A stretch of 64,000 nt of DNA. It comes from Botryllus schlosseri (taxonomy: Eukaryota). The stretch's first letter is position 1. Every line of letters begins with the position of its first letter. The notes below the pieces were generated by a model. It ran no database searches. It was not told the origin of the DNA and saw nothing but the letters and a program-made list of their open reading frames with translations. The DNA lies in the NCBI GenBank assembly GCA_051294905.1, contig CM119372.1:18972001-19036000 (forward strand). Reading direction: 5' to 3'. The position numbers and the translations under genes were made by a program. Of the stretch, positions 40,801-52,800 are shown in pieces.

Positions 40801-43800
40801 GCTTTTCATTAGCTTTTCATTAGCTTACTTAGCTTTTCATTAGCTTAATTAGCTTCATTAGCTTTTCATTAGTTTACTTTTCATTAGCTTACTTTTTCAT
40901 TAGCTTAATTAGCTTTTCATTAGCTTTTCATTAGCTTACTTAGCTTTTCATTAGCTTAATTAGCCTTTCATTAGCTTAATTAGCTTTTCCTTAGCTTAAT
41001 TAGCTGCATTAGCTTTTCATTAGCTTGCATGTACAAAATAAAGGCACCCCGACTCGGCCAAGATTGGACGTATTTTACTTTAACTAGTCACGGAATTACG
41101 CCGTGACACGCGTCTCATACCGGGCGTAATTTCTTCCTAATTTCATGGATAGCGTTGGATTATTAGCAGCGTAATTAGGCCGAAAGAATATCCGTAGACA
41201 TGGTGGAATAATTTGCGAAACATTTCGAGAATACCGTCTGACATGTATGGCGTCGTGGATGACACTCGTACAATACGTTATTGAAGCTCGTTGGACGCAG
41301 TTAGGGTGATATGCAGTGATCGCCTTTGTTGCATCGCACCGCCAGTTACGAATAACCACCCGACAGTTACCTCCCGGGCGCGTTGCCTCGAAATAAACAA
41401 CACATTACGTCGAGTTTATCGCTGAAGTACACAATGCAATGGAAGCGGTGACGAGCGAAGGCATGAAAATGGGGCTTGCATCTGAAGGCTCGCCGTCGCG
41501 CTTGGCCGCGGGTAACGACGTAAACGGAAGGGATCTACGGGAGTTAGAGATAAAGGAGCTCAGCGATAAACTGATACGCCCGATCAAATACCGTAACTCG
41601 CCGATCGTGCATCGGCGCAGTAGACTGGACGAACTGTTGAGCATCCCAGACGTCGCGGCCGCTTTATCGGACGACGCCGCCGTCAAGTTTTTAAACAAAG
41701 ATCAAAAAACCGCGGTCAGACCGCCGTCACCGGCCTATCTAGGCCCGCCTTTGCCAGAGAGCGCAGGTGAAGATACGCCCACAGAACACTTTAGCTTTGA
41801 CTTCAAAGACACCGGTCTTCCAGACTCGCCAGGCAAAAAGCACAATGGGCATTCTCCAAACCTTGACAAAACAAACCAGCAGGAAAACTCTAATGCATCT
41901 GACCTTTACGACGTTATTTCAAACAGTCTGGGCCCGATCGAAAGCTCCCTCTCTACCGATAACAAAACCACAATGGTAGGGCATCGGTTGAGTCTAACGT
42001 CAAGTGTCGTATTCGAAGACGTTGCGTCGCAAGACGGTTCTACCACGGAGCAGGACAACAAGACCGGACCGGATGCTCCAGATGAGGAGGATTATGTGGC
42101 AGATTATTTCGACACCTATAACAGACCGTCGATAAGAGAAAGGCAGATACGGCAGAAGAATCGGTTGTCGAAAAACAAGGACGAATACCAGGTCGACGAT
42201 TTGAGTTGGCGATCTCTGGCAAGGGCTATCGCTCGGGTCCAGAGCGAGGGTTTCACCGAAGAAGACGTGAATATTGTAGCCTCGGAACCAGATTTGATAC
42301 CTATCCTTAAAGTTGCGGTCAGTAGCCTATTTATTTATGGTCTGCTTGCGTGTGAATGTGACTCGCGAGATGAAAATTGTGTATATTACTCAATTAACCA
42401 ACTGCGCTGCGCTGAAATTTCGGTCTTATTGCCGACAGTTTGTGCCTGACAATTGCATACGGTATGCTCAATTTGTTTATTTCGGCAAAACCAAAATTGA
42501 TCTTTTTGGATTCGAGTATTGGAGATAGACTCGGAGATATATGTTCTACCACCAGAATGATGGTTTGTGTTCAGTTTGATAGCTGTTGAATCATTCTTGG
42601 CCAATGTAATTTGGCTAATTGGATGGGACACTGGGGACACAACTGTCCTAATATAATGCGGCTATCCAAGTGGGAATATATCCATGGTAGTCGTATCTGA
42701 TTAAAAGTATACATTAGTAAAATATTCAATCAATCCAAATGAAATCAGTCTCGTTCTTAATTGATTAATCGAGGATGGTGTCAGTGTCATGTCTGACTCG
42801 ATGGAATTTTTGGCAGACTTCCACTTTGCTAAGGGCGAAAATCCATGACTATGATCAATAAATTTTATCTAATAATGTAGTTAGCACAATTCATTTGCCA
42901 GTTCAATAAGCCAAACATTGTAATGTGGTAATGCTATCACAGAATTCGTCAGCATGTGTAAATAAAGGCGGTTCGGGAATGAGGATATGGGAATAAATCG
43001 AGAGCCGCCAGCTTTAAATACTTTGTTGTGACAAATGGCGTCCCTGTTCTTACAATGCACTGTCGGCATTTTATTAAATATTATTCCAACTTCAAATAAA
43101 TACAAAGCAACTAGTCGGACCAATAGGCTCGTGCAATTACATGTCCAGACAACCAAAATTCATGGAAATTCTGTAGTTTTACACCCTTTTTAATGTTTGA
43201 CTATGTTCCAATATGTAGGCCTTACTAAATCTGGCTGTGTCATAGAGTCCATTAGTTAGCCCTTGCTGAGAAAGTGTTAAACTGTATCATATCTAGTCTG
43301 AAGGAAGCAAACATCTTTCTTGATAGCTGTAACATCGAGATTTTGGTGATAAATGTAATGCTTCATACTACATAGGCATGGGAAATTTATAATACTTACT
43401 GTCTTTCTGAACGCCCCATCCTGTAATGATCCATCCATCAGTCATTCTTGTGGACTGTACACACACAGTGTAGTATCTCCATCCTCAGTATTACAAAATT
43501 TTTATTGATTAGGTGAAACTGATATTAACATGAAGTAGGCTATTTAAGCTACCCGTCATTTGCATACAAGTGGGTTACTTTGAGCAAGGATAAGCCAATG
43601 ACATCAATTATGGATTATACACTGTGTAGTTTTGACCTTGTTGGAAGATTTACCTTGTAATTGACTTACAGTGTGCAGTTATATTAAATGAACGGCTTTC
43701 GATAACTAGATTTTCTTTGAAACTATATCACATTTGGAAAAGTAATGGATGTTTCTGTATTGTGATTTCCTACAAAATGTTCCTGGAATTCGGAAACTGC

Positions 43801-46800
43801 GCATTCCTCGATCAAATTGTAAAACTTTGACTGACAGTGACAGTCAACTTCGAGACATCCTGTTGCATAATCATGGTGTTGTATCAGTAGTTTTTTTAGA
43901 TCTTATCTCGAGATATATCTGGAAAGTACAGGTCTAGTGGTGCTCTGTGGTTTAGGTGTGGTAAAACTTCTGAATACCTTGTACAAGTGACTGCTTCATT
44001 TGCAAGTCTGTCATTGAGATTTTGCGATATTAAGTTGTTCATTGTTAGTGAATCAAGATCAGTTGTTCTCAACGATTTTTCCTTCTGTGCCCCTTTTCAG
44101 AAACATTGGCCCCTATACTTTAAGGGCTCTACCAAAGAACCAAGGCACATGCATTGGCAAAAACATCTCTACTGGTATATCGTTGATTACTCTTAACAAA
44201 TAAAGGTCATATTGGGATTGAACTTGAGTGAAGCTGGAAGGTTTTGGTTGGCAAGTGGCTCATTTTTATATGCCAGTCTCTCACATATTTAAATGCATCT
44301 TAAAGAGTTGGTATAATTCTGGAGCCATTTACCATGAGTATTGTGTAGCTACTGTTAGCAACACGAAAAATCTATTATGAAATATGTAGGAGATTTGATC
44401 AGTTCTGATGCCATTACCTATTTTATTTGATGTTAGAAGGCAAGTGTAGCCTGTATTGCATATTTTACCCATGTAACTTGTAATTGGAGCCTGCAATCAT
44501 GGCCTTGATGTCCTGTCACTAGCTTCAACATTCAACTGTCCGATTTAAAGAATTCGTTCTTTATTGTAATACAATTTCAAGAACGTTATCTTCTTAACAT
44601 ATTTATTAAATACTTGAGCTAAATAAAGGTGTGTGTATACCACCCTTATTTGAAATAATCATTATTAACACACATTGATCCGTTGCTAGGTTAACACTTT
44701 ACTTTGGAATTGATGAAATCTTCTTGGTGCTCACTGTTCAGTCACGGGGTTTTGGTGCTCTGGGTGCTATAAAGGTTCAATACTGGTCATATTTATGAGG
44801 TTTTAAAAATTACTTCTGGGTAAGATTACAAAATAGCTGAACCTTTGGCTTTTCAAAATGTACACTGTGTTGTTCCCTATGTTTGAAACAGAATTCAAAA
44901 CGTTACTCAGTGTTCATCTAGTACACTCTGCTGCGCCGAGCCACCTTGCTATCATCATTGTAACATATGAAGTGCTCTTGTGTCCTATTCGTTGGACATG
45001 CGAATATCACACCGACATTTCACGTATTACTTCCTTCATGTATTCCAATTTGCATTTAGGACCCATCAACAAAGACTGGGATCCGTGCGAACAAAAAGTC
45101 GGTCTCTTTCAGCCGATTACCAAGTGAATCAACAATCCGAAATGCTGCTGATTGTGTGAACCTGATGCAAATGGGCCACCAATTCATCAAATTGAGATCG
45201 AACGCTAGGATATATAATAGATTCTACTGGTTCGATCTTGCGACAAAGTACGTATCAAGCAACTTCGCGTATTGTTATCCATACCTGAAATGTTGTGACT
45301 TAAATTTGCGTTCATAAATGCTTGATAATGTTTCGATCTAGGAAATATAGCTTTAGCTCAGGGGTTCATAACATGGGGATCATGGACGCCTTGGAGTCTG
45401 CGGACTAGCTCGGACTAAACTACACCATTAAAACTATATTGTCCACTTATAAAATCTGTCCTTATTTTTGATCCACCACACCAACCCTGCGGAGAGCGTC
45501 TCGTCTCGAAAAGAAAAGCCATAGACATTTGTATTTGAAGGCCAGTCCGCGAAATTTTTTTTTGTGTATTCAACGGCTTTCAATTCGTCCTTGACATGTA
45601 CAACAAATCGACAATTCAACCTCGAACTGGTCACACACTTTTATTCAAACGTACGGCTACAGATTAAACAATTGATACCAACTCACACAAGTTGGATCTC
45701 CGTCGTAGATGATTGGGAAATTTGGTGTGTCAAAAACCTGCACTGCACTCGTGAATTTGGAAAAATTTCAATTTGAAGACGCATTTTCCATTTGTTGATG
45801 TTTCTCATAATTGTACTAATTCTATTGTACTATGGTGTCTGGATATGGTTTGAAATCTATTATGTGACATTAGTATTGATCACTGACTGTTCATGTCCTG
45901 AAATACCCCTGGTTATAAGTCACATTCCCTCATTTTTTCAGCTCGTTAAAGTGGGAACCTTCAAAGAAAGACGCCGGGAAAGCAAAAATTGATATTTCTT
46001 CGATAAAAGCAGTAAGTGATATTTTTTAGGTAATTTCGAATCATTGCAGCTGGGTCCATGCGTCATTCGTAAGCATTGCGCCTCCAAAGTTGACTCATGA
46101 ATCATTTATTGCGTGCAGTGATTTGGCGCGATTACTTTCAAGGATTTTTTGCCCACTGGAGAATTGAATATTATAAGAAGAGTCTTATAGTTTCATGCAC
46201 ATTACCCAATAGCCTGGTTCATCAAGTCAGCTTCTGCTGTAAAGAGAAAGGATATCAATAATTTAGGTGGAGGTTTTGTAATGTCAAAATTTTTCAGTAT
46301 TTACTTCAATGGTAATCGTTCTTTGGCATTTCGTGTTATTGAATGGGCATTGTCAATTTCAACTTTAGTAGGTGTTTGCAATGATGTGCGTAGAGCATTG
46401 ACTATTTATCAAGCATTGGTTAGAACAACGACCCACTATGCCATGGCACGAGTGTTGTTTCAGGCCTTTGTTACTTTGATGGAGTTTTCCTGTGTCAAAA
46501 TTTTTTTTGTGTACATTTACTGAATGACTCTTGGGACCTGAGATTTTTTGATTTGCACCTCTGGCCTGTGTACATTTTACATATTTTGCTATTTGAGAGT
46601 TGCAAAAGTTCATATATATTGGTGTTGCCTCATAAATATTTAATTAACTTTGATATTGCAATATACTTCTTGCCATGGTGTTTTATTAGTTTCCAGTGTT
46701 ACCGTATGTTGTTTCTAGATCATCCCTAAATCATGCCTCGAATAAATGGCAAATATTAAGGTATTTTAGTAAATAATTTTTTAAATCGGTACGATGTTTA

Positions 46801-49800
46801 GGTTTATCCATGTAGTTCCTGTGTATTATGGATGAAATTTCAGTCCACATTTGAGACTTGTTTATAAACCTAAATTCCATACCATGAGCGTGCTGTGCAA
46901 TCTCTTTGAATTTCACGTTTTCTCAATTCAATAGCACTGCATTGTGATCACAATGGCTATTGTGGTACTGCTACATAGGCTCGACTGTAGTTACTTCTCT
47001 AGACAGAGAATGACCGATTATGTTAAGGTCACATTATATTCGTTTATAGCCCCCACACTATGATTCCTACTTTTGTCCAACTTGAATTGTTGGATTTGTT
47101 GTTATTCCATTTAAGATGAATTCTTTGAGATATTGTAACTCATTATTAGGTGTTGCATCTCACAATCGAGAACGGGCGCACTGCTAGTAACGGAATCGGT
47201 GCAAATATTTGGCCAGGCCTAGCCTCCGAATAAATAACTGGCAGAATAAATTTTGTTTTCAAAGCAATTTTTGATTCCAAATCTATTTATAGAGTCAATC
47301 TTAGCGTCCATTCAATTTTGTTGGATTACCAAATCTGCCAGACACTTATAAGCTTTGAAAGTGTCCGAATTCTTCGCCTTGTAGGGCATTCATTTCCATC
47401 ACCTGTAACATTCCGGCCCTTCATTCATCTTATCGATGTCAAATTTTCCTACTCACGGTTCGTGGTTGTTTGGATAAAGTCACTAAAAGTTTCAACTTCA
47501 CCGGATTGGATTGAGTGCAATCGATCAACAGTGCCTTATCTGTTATCGCCGTATCCTATATGCTTGGCGATCATGAGACATGTTCGGAATTGTTAGCTGA
47601 AATTTTCACTGGAAAACGGTGCTGACAATGCAATGTAGACTAGATTGATTACGTTGCTCTGGGCTGAATGTCATCCTACTATAATGCCACCTTTCTATCA
47701 TATTAGGATGATTAGAGAGGCAATACTGTAAATTGGCATGGTATTGCGGGACTGTGGGTGAAATCCATATCATGAAGGATTTCCCAATTCTCCTATCCTG
47801 CTATCCTGACAGTATCTCAATGTTCACCGTGACTTTATTTTCACCTATTTTTAACAGGTACGGCCGGGTAAAGTCACTGAATCGTTCGTAGCGTCGGAAA
47901 TTACTTCGCATTTTCATGACCAGCAGGCTTTCTCAATTATACACTCTGATTATAAGAATTTAGATTTAATTGCTGGTTCCGTGGACGAAGCCAATACCTG
48001 GATCGCAGGTAAGGAGCGTTTTGTGAAGTTCTGCTTTATTGTGGATGCGAATATTGAAATGATCGTAGTCATGACCCAGCTTGAGCGATTGTGCTAGGCC
48101 AACTTGAAAGCAATATCGGAATAACTGCATGCTCTACTTTGTGAATGGGAATTTGTCATTTGACACTGACAAGGTGCTTCTGAACAGACACAGAATAAAG
48201 AGATAATACCGTAATGCCGACATCAGTGTCCTATTATTATGTAAAGATACTTACTAACAGAGGGTGTCAAAGTAGTCAAGAAAGCTACTCAAGTAGAAGT
48301 AGAAGTAGCGACGTAAAAATCTACTCAAGTATGAGTAGAAGTACTTCTTCCATAAGCAACCTAAAACTACTTGAAGTAGAAGTTGAATTGACTGACACTA
48401 AAAGTACTCAAGTAAGTAAGTAGTTGTGAAAACGATCCTAATTTGTTGACATGGATTGTATAAAGATGCAAATTGAGCTATGCGAAAGGTGACGAGATTG
48501 ATTCACATTGATGCATACCAGCAGGTATCCAATTTTCGATAGCATAAGCATTCGTCCACATCATGGGATGAAAATGATAGGATTGATATGGAAATGCGAT
48601 ACTTATCCTGTTTTCTCGGACAGCCCGTTTTAGAAAATAGCATGGTATAGCGCCATCCCCCATATTATAAGGTCCGTAGTTTAGTTGAGAGGATACGGTG
48701 TAAACACTTTGAGAGATTAGTAAACGTTGATAAAAAATATGGTGGATCGTAAAAATGCTATATTGTGTAGCTTTATTTCCGGAAATTAAAGGCATTACTA
48801 CACTTGCTTTTATGCTTCAACATGTATGTTATCCAGACAAAAGAACTGATATAAATTATAACTCAAAGTATATGATACTGGGAATTGAAAATGAAACATA
48901 AATACTAGTTCTAAAAGTGGAACACGTTTGGTGGTATGCTGAAACAGCTCTAAAACTAACAAAAAATGTCAGAGTCCACTTTCCCAGGTTAGGAAGCGCC
49001 ATGGACATGCTAAATTACGATATGACAAGTAAATGCTGGATTGCGAAACATCAGTTTCAAACGTTATGATTAGCCATATATAGGCTACTGCGATAAATTA
49101 TTTCATATGGGCGAAGGGCGACAATGTGGTGTGAACTCAGGGATATCTAGATATCCCTGTGTGAACGGAATCACGCCAACCTGCTACTTGATACTTTCGT
49201 GAAATAATACTGGTAAAGCCGTATCCACTGCGCGCGAAGCGCGATGAAAATTCTAGGCTTCACTCAACTTTTATGGAAATTAAATGTTGGTACTCCGTGA
49301 AAACAGCCCCGAAATTCCTCAGGCTATCTTCCTGATTGGAAGATAGAACTACTTCTACTTGACAAACTGAAAATAGCGAAAAGTAAGTAAGTAGATCACA
49401 AAATATTATGAAGTAGAAGTAGAAGTAGCAAAAATCAGATCTACTTGAGTAAGTAACAGAAGTAGAGGAAAACTACTTCAGTACTTCGAAAAAGTAGAAG
49501 TACTTCGTTACTGACCACCTCTGCTTACTGAATACTATCATGCAAGTAGATTTAGAAGAGGTGATGAATTGTTATGAAATTCAATTCCTCATTTTTTCAA
49601 GCCGATTTAATATGACAGACCTAATTTGGCATAATTCATAATATCTGCTGCCTTGTGCAGAGAATCCCAAAGCATGATTTGAACCGCAATGGTCGCTAGC
49701 TTGCCAACTTGTGCTATCGCCTTTTCTGTATTGCAAGTCGTAATCTGTAAGGACGTTTTGTTGGAAGTTGTATCATACCCATGGCGCCAGTTTTTCAGCT

Positions 49801-52800
49801 TACATTGCAAGACGGTGAATCTGAAATTTTCATCGGATGTGTCATTGGTACCTATGAAATGTCATTGGTACCTATGAAATGGTGAAATCCTTTTACATTT
49901 TACTCAAACAGTGCCAGAGTGTTTTTGAGATACTGATGTCTTCGACATATAGTATGGCTTGTGGTTACATTGAAACATTTTAACCACTTCATGATGATGA
50001 ATTATTCAATAATTCACGACATAGTCACATGCATGCCGTTTGTATGGAACCATTCCTAGTACAGTGGTCTGTGTGCATATTGCAATGACATAGTAGTGGC
50101 TATTCTGAGTCTTTTCTAAAACAATTGGTGTTAAGTTATTTTGAATATTGAATTAAAAACTACATGCAGATGTGGTAGAATATATGTTTTTGAACTGCTA
50201 AGCTAATTTTCCGATCGGTCTTGCCAAGACTTGCAAACAGGGAGTAACCAACAACTTCCAAACAAAATATGCTTTATCAATTGTACTAAAATTCGGCTTA
50301 ACCACTGTATCATCAGGCCTTAGGTGTCTCATTGGAGGTCACGACCCAGAAGAACTCCAGACTAGACCGGACACAAGAGATGTTTGGCTCAGCTCCGTGT
50401 TTGAATCGGCAGATGCTAATGGCGATGGGTATCTGGACGAAGAGGAATCGTTAGCATTGCTCAAAGTGAGTTTAGTTGAGACTACTGTGAGGTTGCTGCT
50501 ATGTCACTTTGGTGCTGATGTTTGGACTATGCACGTAGCGTGATATGCTCGGTACGTCTAACAGCAACAGTTGTGGTTCTGTGATTGTCTTTCATTTTGA
50601 ATACCTCCTTTTGTTAGAAATGCCCCACTTTGATGTGCACTTGATCTTGTCACAGGCACTTGGTTATAGGGTGAGCTGAATATCGCTTTTAGTTTGCGTG
50701 AATATGAAATTGACTGTGGCGGTATGTTGGTATCCATTTTTTGCTGTGTCATTATGCTTCGCGGCATGCTTTAGAGACGTAACAGAGTTGTTGATCTATT
50801 GTGTGGTTGCTGATGCACACTGATCTCAAGTATTCAAATCAAAGCGTATCCGGGTAACGGGATGCATGTGGCATCAATGCTTTGAGCTGTGGCGTTCTTT
50901 GCAGTTGCTGTCTGCTTGGCAAGAATTTTTATAGTTAATTTTTCATTGTAATTCCGCTATCCCAACCTATTTTGTTACCATGGGCAGACATATGTGATAT
51001 TTCAACTAGTATGATAATATTAGAAATTAATCGAGATGGAGGGGGCTAGTGAGTGCCACGTATCTTTTTTTATGCAGCACTGCAACAGTCCCACAGTTGT
51101 GGTAGACTCCCTCTAATTTCTATTCAGTCGTATTTAAACACAATGTTCGCCATCTCGTGCTGCATCACTTGTATGTAATTTTTCCATTTAATTAATCAAA
51201 AATGTGATTGCCAAATCTATTTGTCGGAATGCGTGTAGAGAGAAGTTGGGTAATACTATATAAGCCTCCTGATCTCGCGAACCCCCCGGGTATAATTGTG
51301 ACAGGCACTTGAATATTTTTGTTTTTAATCCCAAGTTTTGAAATATCTAAAATACCTTCAATCGCCCGGGCGAGAATTGATAAGTCACCTTCCGGTGCTT
51401 CTAAACTGCACGAGTCATTAGCTCGGTATCAATTATGTGCATTCGAGTCGCACATCAAGCTGAAGTAAAATCACTGGGTGGGATAGCTGGTGTTTTAAGT
51501 GGCTTGTGTTGTGGTTGACTTCATTGTTTTGTGATATCTGATCATGAATAGTGCATTTTATCATAAGAGTAGTTTACTTGTTGGTTTCCAATGTATTGGC
51601 TGCATTGTGGGGATTGATCATGATTCGTTCAGTGGATCAATTGTTCACCGTCAGGTCCGAGACCCAAGTCGCTGGAATCTGTTTGCAGTGAAATATTACA
51701 CTTGTATTATTTATTTATAATCATATGTATCAACGAAGCACAGATATTACATGACGGTGTTTTGTTCAATGTTCGTTCTTGGCTTTACTTCTTGACAACT
51801 ATCTGACAACATCTTGATCTTGACCATTTTGGAAAGAATTCGAAACCTCTTACCCTTACAGTCTAACAACACCCACTATGCAGTAGGATTAGAGTCAAAT
51901 TGCTTAAATCAGGTAATATCAGTCACGCTGCTGTTTTCAGAGTCTGAGCGATGGCATTCGGGAAACGAGAATAAAGCAGAAGCTCACCGAGTTTTTAAGA
52001 TTCAAGGATCGCGACAGAACCCGACTGACCAAAGACGAGTTTGTCGAATTGTTTAAGGTTTGTAAATTATGCGCGATTCTCACACACAAATAGAGTTGAG
52101 CACTTCAAGCTCTCCTGCAACTGTTATTACACGGATGCGGTGATAAATTCGTGGAAGAACGTGCAAAAAACATAACCGACAAAGTAGTATTTTTTAGTTA
52201 TACGCCTAATGGCGACGTAATCGAATCATTGACTGTTAATTCAATGGCAATTTTGACGGAACCACCATTAAAACGCACCACTTAGTAACATAACGAGATT
52301 GACAAATGCACGATATGTTCCCTTGATGGTAGGTTTACGACATTACGGTGTGGAATGCCTCGATCATATGGATAAATTGTGCCTCGCTGCGTATTGGGCG
52401 AGATGCCGCGATCTTGTATTGACCCAGGGCTTACCGTGTGTTTTGATTGAGTTGTTGGCAAAATATTTTCCGTCTGATTTGCTGCACTTTGTATGCAGTT
52501 AGTATGGATGGATAGTCTGTTGCTAATGGAATTTCACTGTAGACTAGGCCGTGACTAGGCCTACTCAATCTAATATGCTATCTGTAGACGGATATAGAAT
52601 GCTTGTACCGATGTCTGATGTGTTATACCAGTGTGTACATTGGAAAACACTTTGATTCGAGTTAATCCTGCAAGTTGCTGTACATGTACAAGTTTTCATA
52701 GCCTGACATCACTGTTGACATTTGTATCAAAGCAAAAATGCGTAGTAGATAGAAGATAGCCTATCAATCACAAAGATGACTCGTGTGCTGGGCAAAACGA

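Larger units (their letters stand above)
38298..41049. mobile_element. Mutator-superfamily (Phantom-like, foldback-TIR) DNA transposon, internally truncated
   Basis: TIR gggtgcctttattttgtacatgc + AAGCTAAT arrays; the first ~150 bp have one mismatch between ends. TSD is CGACTCGG(G/C) (9 bp, 8/9) or GACTCGG (7 bp, perfect, with termini 38297/41050). A MULE transposase ORF lies inside. Confidence 0.9.

Noticed and set aside
38321-41026. AAGCTAAT arrays as CRISPR or telomeric repeats
   Set aside because: There are no unique spacers or cas genes in this eukaryotic context; the arrays are mirror images forming transposon TIRs.
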